A stretch of DNA of 56,957 bases from Clostridia bacterium (GTDB taxonomy: Bacteria > Bacillota > Clostridia > Oscillospirales > CAG-272), in assembly GCA_017938885.1 (NCBI GenBank), contig JAGBAS010000066.1:1-56957 (forward strand), written 5' to 3'. A program made the translations under genes and the position numbers. Shown piece after piece: positions 1 through 7,771 of the stretch. Each line of letters starts with the position of its first letter. The stretch's first letter is position 1. The notes under the pieces were generated by a model. It did not search any database. It was not told where the DNA came from and was given only the letters and a program-made list of their open reading frames with translations.

Positions 1-84
1 AGCACTATAAAGCACTATCAGGAAAGGTTTTTATATGGAGGAAAGCAGATCATTTCCCTTCGGGAAATGTCCATTTATCGGCTA

Positions 85-164
85 CTCATCCACCGCTTCG
101 CGGTCCCCCTTCCCTCACAAGGGAAGGCTCACGAGGAAACCCACCGCTAAACTCCAATTTGAAA
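85..164. repeat. REP-like double-hairpin repeat arm with terminal AAACTCCAATTTG
   Basis: CTCATCCACCGC-TTC-GCGGTCCCCCTTCCC...GGGAAGGCTCACGAGGAAA...CAATTTGAAA closely matches the reverse complement of 15656-15742 and the arms at 22948-23263. Confidence 0.8.
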
Positions 165-226
165 CTGAGCCGATCCTTCACCATTAATCTTCACCAAAAA
201 TTCACCACTTTCTACGCCTCACCCCC

Positions 227-255
227 TTGCATTTTTTTCGGAAATATTATATAAT
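227..255 (+). promoter_or_regulatory. sigma-A promoter
   Basis: TTGCAT-17 bp-TATAAT upstream of the AGGAGG RBS and ATG 289. Confidence 0.65.
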
Positions 256-288
256 ATAAGCTGTATTTTTATAGGCAGGAGGCGGAAC

Positions 289-1425
289 ATGAAAAAAACG
301 CGAATCGGACTCGTTGGCATTGGCTTTATGGGCAAGACTCATTTGTGGTCGGTGCGGAATCTGCCCTTCTTCTATAAGACCGCCGATCTGGACTTTACCG
401 CCGAGGTTGTGGCGGTGTGCGCTTCCTCCCTCGCGAGAGCCGAGGTCTTTGCCGCCGAGTATGGGATCCCCCGGGCGGCGGCCTCTCCCGAGGAGCTGAT
501 CGCCGATCCCGAGATCGACGTGATCGACATATGCACCCCCAATCCCCTCCACTACCGGGTAGCTAAGGCGGCGATCCTTTCCGGGAAGTCGGTGCTGTGC
601 GAGAAGCCCTTGACCATGACCGCCGCCGAGGCCTTGGAGCTGGCGAGGCTGGCCGAGGAGCAAGGCGTGGTCTGTGGGACGGTGTTCAACAACCGCTTTC
701 TGGCTCCCATCATGCGGGCGCGACAGCTCATCGACGAGGGCAGGCTGGGGCGGATATTGTCCTTTGCGTTTACCTACAAGCATAATTCCTGCATCGACCC
801 CGACCGCCGCGTGGGGTGGAAGCAGACCGCCGAGGCGGGGGGCGGGACCTGGTACGATCTCGGCCCTCACGTATTGGATCTCTGCCACTACCTGTGCGGA
901 GAGCTCTCCTTCGTGCTGGGCAAGTCCCAGATCGCCTATCCTACCCATTTGAAGGTGGACGGTTCGGTGTGGGAGACCGACGCCGACGAGGCCTTTTACG
1001 TCATCTGCGGCACACGCGAGGGGGCTATGGGGACCGTGACCGTCTCCAAGCTGACTCAGGGGGCTAACGACGAGCTGAGCTTCTCGGTGAACGGGGAGCG
1101 CGGTTCCCTGTCCTTCTCCCTGATGGATCCCAACTATCTGGACTTCTACGATGCCACCGCCGTGGGTGCTCCCATGGGCGGGGTGCGGGGGTATACCCGC
1201 ATCGAGTGCGTGGGGCGGTATCCCTCCCCCGCCTCGGGCTTCCCCGCTATCAAGGCTCCCCAGGGCTGGCTGCGCGGGCATATCGGTTGCATGGTGAATT
1301 TTCTGTCTGCCGTGGCGAATGGAACTCCCTGCGAGCCGTCCTTTTCGGATGGAGCCTACGTGCAGATGATCCTGGAGGCCGCTTTGGAGAGTGACCGCAC
1401 CGGGCGGGAGGTGTCGCTATGCTGA
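289..1425 (+). CDS. Gfo/Idh/MocA family oxidoreductase
   Basis: N-terminal GxGxxG (GIGFMG), CEKP motif, DLGPH motif; AGGAGG RBS. Confidence 0.9.
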   Translation: MKKTRIGLVGIGFMGKTHLWSVRNLPFFYKTADLDFTAEVVAVCASSLARAEVFAAEYGIPRAAASPEELIADPEIDVIDICTPNPLHYRVAKAAILSGKSVLCEKPLTMTAAEALELARLAEEQGVVCGTVFNNRFLAPIMRARQLIDEGRLGRILSFAFTYKHNSCIDPDRRVGWKQTAEAGGGTWYDLGPHVLDLCHYLCGELSFVLGKSQIAYPTHLKVDGSVWETDADEAFYVICGTREGAMGTVTVSKLTQGANDELSFSVNGERGSLSFSLMDPNYLDFYDATAVGAPMGGVRGYTRIECVGRYPSPASGFPAIKAPQGWLRGHIGCMVNFLSAVANGTPCEPSFSDGAYVQMILEAALESDRTGREVSLC

Positions 1426-2024
1426 CGATCGGACTGACCGGACCCAGCGGGGCAGGAAAGGGTGTCATGGCTTCCCTGTTCGCGGAATTCGGGGTTCCCT
1501 CCATTGATACGGACCAGGTGTACCATGATCTGCTGATCCCGCCTTCCGCTTGTCTCGGCGAGCTGGCGGGGCGGTTCGGGTCGGGTATTCTCCATCCCGA
1601 CGGGACGCTTGACCGAAAGGCTTTGGCCAACCTGGTCTTTGCAGAGGGTCATGAAAAGGATCTCGCCGATCTCAACGCTATTACCCACCGTTATATTTTG
1701 AAGCAAGTTCGTATCCTGCTGGCAGGCTATGAGAGCAAGGGCGTTCCCGCTGTGCTGGTGGATGCGCCCCAGCTCTTTGAGTCGGGGTTTGACGCCGAGT
1801 GCGGATTCATCCTGTCGGTACTGGCACCCTTTGAGGTCAGGCTTGCCCGCATTATGGCGCGGGACGGCTTGGACGAGAACCGTGCGCGGTCGCGGCTGGC
1901 AGCATCCCATGACGACGAATTCTTTAGGGAGCGGTCGGATGCCGTGATCCTGAATGGCGGCGATTTGCCTGCTTTGGAGAACGACGTGCGGCGTCTGCTT
2001 GCCTTGTGGGGGGTGCTTTCATGA
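1419..2024 (+). CDS. coaE: dephospho-CoA kinase
   Basis: IGLTGPSGAGK P-loop, IDTD, LDRKALA, VDAPQLFES, RIMARDG motifs. Confidence 0.93.
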   Translation: MLTIGLTGPSGAGKGVMASLFAEFGVPSIDTDQVYHDLLIPPSACLGELAGRFGSGILHPDGTLDRKALANLVFAEGHEKDLADLNAITHRYILKQVRILLAGYESKGVPAVLVDAPQLFESGFDAECGFILSVLAPFEVRLARIMARDGLDENRARSRLAASHDDEFFRERSDAVILNGGDLPALENDVRRLLALWGVLS

Positions 2025-2599
2025 AGATCGACTGGAAGAACCCGCCCCGCGCCCTGATGATCGCTCTCCTGGCGGTCATCGCCATCGGTCTGGGTTTTCT
2101 GGCGGATTTTATCATCACCTGCTTGGAAAAGAATGCCTACCCGAGAGAATACGCCGAATACGTGGAGGTCTACGCCGAGCAATACGGTGTACCCGAGGCT
2201 CTGGTCTTCGCCGTGATCCGCACCGAGAGCTCCTTTGATTCGGGGGCGGTTTCGGGTGCAGGAGCGGTGGGGCTCATGCAACTCATGCCCTCTACCTTTG
2301 AGTGGCTCACCGACGATATGCTCTTCGAGCATTTGGAGAGCGGGATGCTTTACGATCCCGAGACCAACATCAAGTACGGCACCTACTGCCTGTCCTATCT
2401 CTACGATCGCTACGGCGATTGGGAGCTGGCCCTCGCCGCCTACAACGGAGGGCTGGGCAACGTGGACGAGTGGCTGGAGAACGACCGCTATGCCGACGGC
2501 GAGGGGGGGCTGAAAAAGATCCCCTTCAAAGAGACGAGGCAGTTCGTGGCGAGGGTCACGGATGCGTGGGAAATGTATGACAGGCTATATGCCAAATAA
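2021..2599 (+). CDS. lytic transglycosylase (SLT domain), membrane anchored
   Basis: AVIRTESSF catalytic Glu, GAVGLMQLMP, AAYNGG, ETRQFV; ATGA overlap with coaE. Confidence 0.92.
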   Translation: MKIDWKNPPRALMIALLAVIAIGLGFLADFIITCLEKNAYPREYAEYVEVYAEQYGVPEALVFAVIRTESSFDSGAVSGAGAVGLMQLMPSTFEWLTDDMLFEHLESGMLYDPETNIKYGTYCLSYLYDRYGDWELALAAYNGGLGNVDEWLENDRYADGEGGLKKIPFKETRQFVARVTDAWEMYDRLYAK

Positions 2600-2677
2600 G
2601 ATAATATACAAGATATGAGATACAAGATATGACCGTATCCCGTAATCTTGTATCTCGTATCTTGTAACTTGTATCTC
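2598..2677. repeat. inverted heptamer (GTATCTY) arrays forming a long hairpin
   Basis: 2607-2628 TACAAGATATGAGATACAAGAT pairs with 2645-2666 (one G-U); tandem GTATCTC/GTATCTT units. Confidence 0.8.
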
Positions 2678-2715
2678 AATCATTCAAAATATTCATGAAA
2701 CGAGGTTTGTTTACT

Positions 2716-4116
2716 ATGTCTGATAAGATCACTGCGACCGAGCTGGAGGCAAAGCTGGGTTACAAGAAGGCTAATTTCTACGAGAAGGCCGACGAGGCCG
2801 CCATCAAGGCCGTTTACGATTACGCCCCCGGCTACATGGCCTACCTGGACGCCGCCAAGACCGAGCGGGAGGCTGTGACCGTGACCATTGAAATGGCCGA
2901 AAAGGAGGGCTACATTCCCTACACCCTGGGCATGCCCCTGACGGTTGGCGGGAAATACTACTACAACAATCGAGGCCGCAACCTGTATCTGTTCCGTATC
3001 GGCTCCGAGCCCATTAATCAAGGTATCCGCATCGTGGCCTCCCACGTGGACGTGCCCCGTATCGACGTCAAGCAGTCCCCCCTCTACGAGGACGGCGGCA
3101 TGGCCTTCTTCAAGACCCACTACTACGGCGGTATCCGCAAGTACCAGTGGGTGACCATTCCTCTCGCCCTCCACGGCGTTGTGGTGAAGGCTGACGGCTC
3201 CGTAGTGAACGTCTGCATTGGCGAGGATCCCACCGATCCCGTGATCTACATCAACGATCTGCTCCCCCACCTGGCCAAGGATCAGTCCGCAAAGCCCCTG
3301 GGCTCTGCCATCCCCGCTGAGGGATTGAATCTTCTGATGGGCTCCCGTCCCTACCCCGGCTGTGAGGGCGGCGACGCCATCCGTCTCAACATTCTGGCTC
3401 TGCTCAACGAGAAGTACGGCATCACCGAGGAGGATTTCCTCTCCGCCGATCTCTCCGCCGTTCCCGCTGACAAGGCACGGGACGTGGGTCTGGATCGCTC
3501 TCTGATCGGCGCCTACGGTCACGACGACCGCGTGTGTGCCTATCCTTCTCTCACCGCTCTGTTCGGCACCGATGATGCTATCCATACCGCTATGGTCATC
3601 CTGGCCGACAAGGAGGAGATCGGCTCTGAGGGCAACACGGGTATGCAGACCGAGCTGCTGACCGATCTCATTGCTGAGATCACCGCCGCCCTGGGCGGTA
3701 ACTTTTCCACCGTGAAAGCCAATTCCAAGTGTCTGTCCTCCGACGTGGCGGCTTGCTTTGATCCCAACTTCGCCGAGGTCTTTGAGCGCCGCAACACCGC
3801 CCTGCTTAACTGTGGCGTAGCCATGTCCAAGTACACGGGTCACGGCGGAAAGTCGGGCACCAACGATGCTCCCGCTGAATTCGTGGCGTGGGTGCGCAGG
3901 ATCCTGGCCGATGCCGGTGTCGTCTGGCAGGCAGGCGAGCTGGGCAAGGCGGATCAGGGCGGCGGCGGTACCGTAGCCAAGTTCATTGCCAAGCACAACA
4001 TCGAAACCGTTGACCTCGGTGTGCCTGTGATCGCCATGCACGCGCCCTACGAGGTGGTCTCCAAGGCCGATCTCTATACCGCGCATCAGGCGTTTGAGGC
4101 GTTCTTTAAGGCGTAA
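2716..4116 (+). CDS. M18 family aminopeptidase
   Basis: SHVDVPRIDVK, YYGGIRKYQW, HDDRVC, DKEEIGS, AMHAP motifs; GAGG RBS favours ATG 2716. Confidence 0.92.
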   Translation: MSDKITATELEAKLGYKKANFYEKADEAAIKAVYDYAPGYMAYLDAAKTEREAVTVTIEMAEKEGYIPYTLGMPLTVGGKYYYNNRGRNLYLFRIGSEPINQGIRIVASHVDVPRIDVKQSPLYEDGGMAFFKTHYYGGIRKYQWVTIPLALHGVVVKADGSVVNVCIGEDPTDPVIYINDLLPHLAKDQSAKPLGSAIPAEGLNLLMGSRPYPGCEGGDAIRLNILALLNEKYGITEEDFLSADLSAVPADKARDVGLDRSLIGAYGHDDRVCAYPSLTALFGTDDAIHTAMVILADKEEIGSEGNTGMQTELLTDLIAEITAALGGNFSTVKANSKCLSSDVAACFDPNFAEVFERRNTALLNCGVAMSKYTGHGGKSGTNDAPAEFVAWVRRILADAGVVWQAGELGKADQGGGGTVAKFIAKHNIETVDLGVPVIAMHAPYEVVSKADLYTAHQAFEAFFKA

Positions 4117-4140
4117 GAGCGAGAGAGCAGCCTCCGGCGG

Positions 4141-4169
4141 CTCAAACCTTTTTTGGAAAAAGGTTTGAG
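4141..4169. repeat. 13-bp perfect palindrome between the aminopeptidase and prfA
   Basis: CTCAAACCTTTTT-TGG-AAAAAGGTTTGAG. Confidence 0.7.
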
Positions 4170-4198
4170 AATCCCAAAAACTTCAAAAGGATTCAACT

Positions 4199-5275
4199 AT
4201 GTTCGAAAAACTCATTCCCATTGCCGCCAAATACGAGGACATCGAGTTCCGTCTCTCCCTTCCCGAGACGGCGGCTGATCCCGCTGTGTACACGGCACTC
4301 ATCAAGGAATACCATAATTTAACCCCCTTGGTAGAGGCCTACCGCCTGTACAGGGGGCTGGAGAATGCCCGTGCCGAGGCTTTGGAACTGGCCTCTATGG
4401 GTGACGACCCCGAGCTGAAGGCACTGGCCGAGGACGAGGCCGAGATGCTCAAGGGCAAGCTGGCCGAGGCCGCTGACGAGCTGCAAAAGCTGCTTATCCC
4501 TAAGGATCCCGAGGACGATTGCTCGGTCATCATGGAGCTTCGCGCCGGAACGGGCGGTGAGGAGGCCGCGCTGTTCGCAGCGGATCTCTTCCGTATGTAC
4601 AGTATGTATGCCCAAAGCAACGGCTTCAAGGTCAGCGTGACCTCGGTGAATGAGACCGAGCTGGGAGGCTACCGAGAAATCACCTTCCTGGTAGAAGGCA
4701 AGGGCGCGTATTCCCGTTTCAAGTTTGAGTCGGGTGGACACCGTGTTCAACGGGTTCCCGTGACCGAATCCCAGGGACGCATCCAGACCTCGGCGGCTAC
4801 GGTTGCGGTGCTGCCCGAGGTGAGGGACGTGGAGATCGAGATCAAGGACTCTGATCTGGTTTTCGAGTCCTGCAAATCCAGCGGTGCGGGCGGTCAGCAT
4901 ATCAACAAAACCGAGTCGGCGGTGCGGCTGACACACAAGCCTACAGGTATTGTGATCGAGTGTCAGCAGGAGCGTTCGCAGTTCCAGAACAAGGACAAGG
5001 CTCTGGAAATGCTGAAGGCCAAGCTCTACCACATCAAGAAGACCGAGCAGGACGAGGCGAGAGCCTCTGCGCGTAAGTCCCAGGTGGGCTCAGGCGACCG
5101 AAGCGAAAAAATACGCACCTACAACTACCCCCAGAGCCGTGTGACCGATCACCGCATCGGGTTATCCATTTTTGACCTGGATGGGTTCATGAACGGGAAT
5201 ATTGGCTCCATGATCGAGGCTCTGACCGCCGCAGATACGGCTGAAAAGCTGAAAGAGCAGGAGGAAACCCTCTGA
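4199..5275 (+). CDS. prfA: peptide chain release factor 1
   Basis: GAGGQHIN (GGQ), PVT stop-codon recognition tripeptide, GTGGEEAALFA, RTYNYPQ. Confidence 0.97.
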   Translation: MFEKLIPIAAKYEDIEFRLSLPETAADPAVYTALIKEYHNLTPLVEAYRLYRGLENARAEALELASMGDDPELKALAEDEAEMLKGKLAEAADELQKLLIPKDPEDDCSVIMELRAGTGGEEAALFAADLFRMYSMYAQSNGFKVSVTSVNETELGGYREITFLVEGKGAYSRFKFESGGHRVQRVPVTESQGRIQTSAATVAVLPEVRDVEIEIKDSDLVFESCKSSGAGGQHINKTESAVRLTHKPTGIVIECQQERSQFQNKDKALEMLKAKLYHIKKTEQDEARASARKSQVGSGDRSEKIRTYNYPQSRVTDHRIGLSIFDLDGFMNGNIGSMIEALTAADTAEKLKEQEETL

Positions 5276-6573
5276 TGAAATACCGTTATTTTGATACGGA
5301 GACCGTACTGACCTTTACGGTCATGCCTCCCCTGTATCGGCCCTATTACAACGGCTGGGGCTCCAATGTCTACGCTACCTACGATCCCTTCTGTCAGGAT
5401 CCCTTCACCATCAATGCCAGCAGTACCTCGGGCTCACCCGTTATTTTGGCCTGTCATAAATTTTTCGGATTCATGAACCAGGTAGGCGGTAGCTTTTCCT
5501 ATGACGGTGCTTACCGTCTAACCGTCACCTGCCCTGCGGGACAGGGGCTTTGGGTCAACGAGGACTGCGAGCCCTTCTCCGAGTGGCTCGCCTATAACGA
5601 GGCTGTCCTGGCTACGCTTCCCCCTACGCAAAAGCCCGAAGATTTCTGGAGCGGGTTGGAATACTGTACCTGGGTGGATCAAAAGAACCGCGCCGTATCC
5701 TTGGGCTATTCTGAGGTGCAAAAGGCCATTACTTCCGATTTCGTGTATGAGTATATGCGCCGCGTGGACAAGCTGAAGCTTCCCAGGGGTAAGCTGACCA
5801 TCGATGACGGTTGGGACGTGCGCGACAAGGCTCCCGACGGTAAGCCCTGCTTTGGGAACTGGATCGTGGATCGGGAAAAATTCCCCAATATGCGCGGGCT
5901 TGTATCCGACATGAAAAACGAGGGCTTTATTCCCGGTCTTTGGTTCGCTCCCTTCACGGTCACCCCGAACTGTGAGCTGATTCGTAAGTATCCCCGGCTT
6001 TTGGGTAAGTATTTTCCCTGCGGTGCGGAGTTGGAGGAGAGCCGCAAGCTGTCCTTTCTGCTTCCCGATCCCGTTCTGGAGGACTACTACCGCAGCATAT
6101 TCGAGCCCTATATCGACATGGGCTTCAAGAAATTTAAGATGGATATGTCCTACGGCAACAAGCGGGAGATGCAGGAGCTCATGCGCTTGATGCACAAGGT
6201 CATCAAGAGCCTGGACTCCACGGTGGAGATCGAGGGACATATCGGCGATCTCTTCGCCTCACGCTACTGCGACACCGTCCGCATCAACGACGTCAATTTC
6301 AACATCCGCGATTGGCGTGCCGTCACCACCGAGCACTACAAGGTCTGTCGCTATTCCTCCCATGACAAGGTGCTGAATTTCGACCATATCGGTACCAATA
6401 CCCCCATGCCCCGCGAGGAGGATTATCTGGATCACGCGCGGATGCTCTGCCGCATGGAGGGTGGCTTCCCCTGCGTATCCCTCCTCCCAGACGTGTTTCG
6501 TGTCCATGCCGCCGACGTCCTGCGGGGGGAGCTTTTGGAATGGGAGCAGGAGAGACGCATTCGTGGCAAATGA
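5275..6573 (+). CDS. glycoside hydrolase, clan-D/GH36-like TIM barrel (alpha-galactosidase-like)
   Basis: TIDDGW, GNWIVDREKFP, GLWFAPF, FKMD (nucleophile-like), RINDV (acid/base-like); TGATG coupling to prfA. Confidence 0.7.
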   Translation: MKYRYFDTETVLTFTVMPPLYRPYYNGWGSNVYATYDPFCQDPFTINASSTSGSPVILACHKFFGFMNQVGGSFSYDGAYRLTVTCPAGQGLWVNEDCEPFSEWLAYNEAVLATLPPTQKPEDFWSGLEYCTWVDQKNRAVSLGYSEVQKAITSDFVYEYMRRVDKLKLPRGKLTIDDGWDVRDKAPDGKPCFGNWIVDREKFPNMRGLVSDMKNEGFIPGLWFAPFTVTPNCELIRKYPRLLGKYFPCGAELEESRKLSFLLPDPVLEDYYRSIFEPYIDMGFKKFKMDMSYGNKREMQELMRLMHKVIKSLDSTVEIEGHIGDLFASRYCDTVRINDVNFNIRDWRAVTTEHYKVCRYSSHDKVLNFDHIGTNTPMPREEDYLDHARMLCRMEGGFPCVSLLPDVFRVHAADVLRGELLEWEQERRIRGK

Positions 6574-6624
6574 AATCTCCTTTTCTATCAACACTTTTAA
6601 AATTTCACCACATCGGAGGCTGTT

Positions 6625-7674
6625 TTGCATACCGAAATCATTCACATAACCGACCTTACCGGCTCTTCTGCTGAGATCAGTCTTGCCGCCGCCGTTATAC
6701 GCGCCGGTGGATTGGTGGTCTTCCCCACCGAGACGGTGTATGGCCTGGGGGGAAACGGTCTGGACGCCGAGGCTTCCCGAAAGATTTATGCCGCCAAGGG
6801 TCGTCCTTCGAATAACCCGCTCATCATTCATATTCACGACCCTGCCGAGGCGGATAAATACGCCTACACGGGAAATCTGTACAACCGTCTGGCGGCGGCC
6901 TTTATGCCGGGGCCTCTGACGGTCATCCTTCCCAAGCGGGAGTGCATTCCCTACGCCACCACGGGAGGACTGGATACCGTGGCGGTGCGCTGTCCCGATC
7001 ATCCCATCGCTCACGCCCTTCTCAAAGAGTGCGGTGACGTCCCCGTGGCCGCTCCCTCGGCCAATCTGTCGGGCAAGCCCTCTCCCACCGTGGCCGAGCA
7101 CGTCATTGCCGATCTGTCGGGTCGGGTGGATATCATCATCGACGGCGGAGAGAGTGACATCGGTCTGGAATCCACCATCGTGAGCATCGGCCACGATCAT
7201 GAGGGCGAATACCTGACCCTGCTCCGTCCCGGTGCCGTTACCGCCGATGCTTTGACCTGCGTCTGCGAGCGGGTGGTCATCGCCCCCGCCGTGCTGGAGC
7301 AGATGAAGGAGGGGGAGCGCCCCCTGTCCCCCGGTATGATGTACAAGCATTATGCCCCCGCCACCCCTCTGGTGCTGTTGGACGGCGCCCCCGAGGACGT
7401 ACTGGCGTTCCTGCAACGGGAGCAGGCGGAGAGGTCTTGCGCCATCCTCTGCTATCTGGAGGAGATGCCCTTTCTCAAAAACGAAAATCTTTTCCCCGTC
7501 GGAGGCAAGGACGATCTCGCCACCCAAGCCCACTGTCTCTTCTCCCTCCTGCGCGAGGCTGACAAGGCGGAGGCCTCGGTCATGTACGCCCATCTGCCCG
7601 ACAAGAGCGGGCTGGGGCTTGCGCTCTACAACCGCATGATCCGCGCCGCCGCACATACCATTCGTCGTGTTTGA
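6625..7674 (+). CDS. tsaC: L-threonylcarbamoyladenylate synthase (Sua5, YrdC + Sua5 C-terminal domain)
   Basis: FPTETVYGLG, KGRPSNNPLIIH, PGPLT, APSANLSGKPSPT, SPGMMYKHYAP; TTG start with GGAGG RBS. Confidence 0.95.
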   Translation: MHTEIIHITDLTGSSAEISLAAAVIRAGGLVVFPTETVYGLGGNGLDAEASRKIYAAKGRPSNNPLIIHIHDPAEADKYAYTGNLYNRLAAAFMPGPLTVILPKRECIPYATTGGLDTVAVRCPDHPIAHALLKECGDVPVAAPSANLSGKPSPTVAEHVIADLSGRVDIIIDGGESDIGLESTIVSIGHDHEGEYLTLLRPGAVTADALTCVCERVVIAPAVLEQMKEGERPLSPGMMYKHYAPATPLVLLDGAPEDVLAFLQREQAERSCAILCYLEEMPFLKNENLFPVGGKDDLATQAHCLFSLLREADKAEASVMYAHLPDKSGLGLALYNRMIRAAAHTIRRV

Positions 7675-7771
7675 CGCGCCGAATGGAGTGAAATTCCCGC
7701 ACGGCGGGGGTGAAATCCGCTTCGCGAAAGCCTGTTTTGAATTGAAAATAAAAGAATAGGATATAGATTAT

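Noticed and set aside
7676-7730. Short GTGAAAT repeats with small hairpins before the topoisomerase gene
   Set aside because: Only two units and too degenerate to support a call
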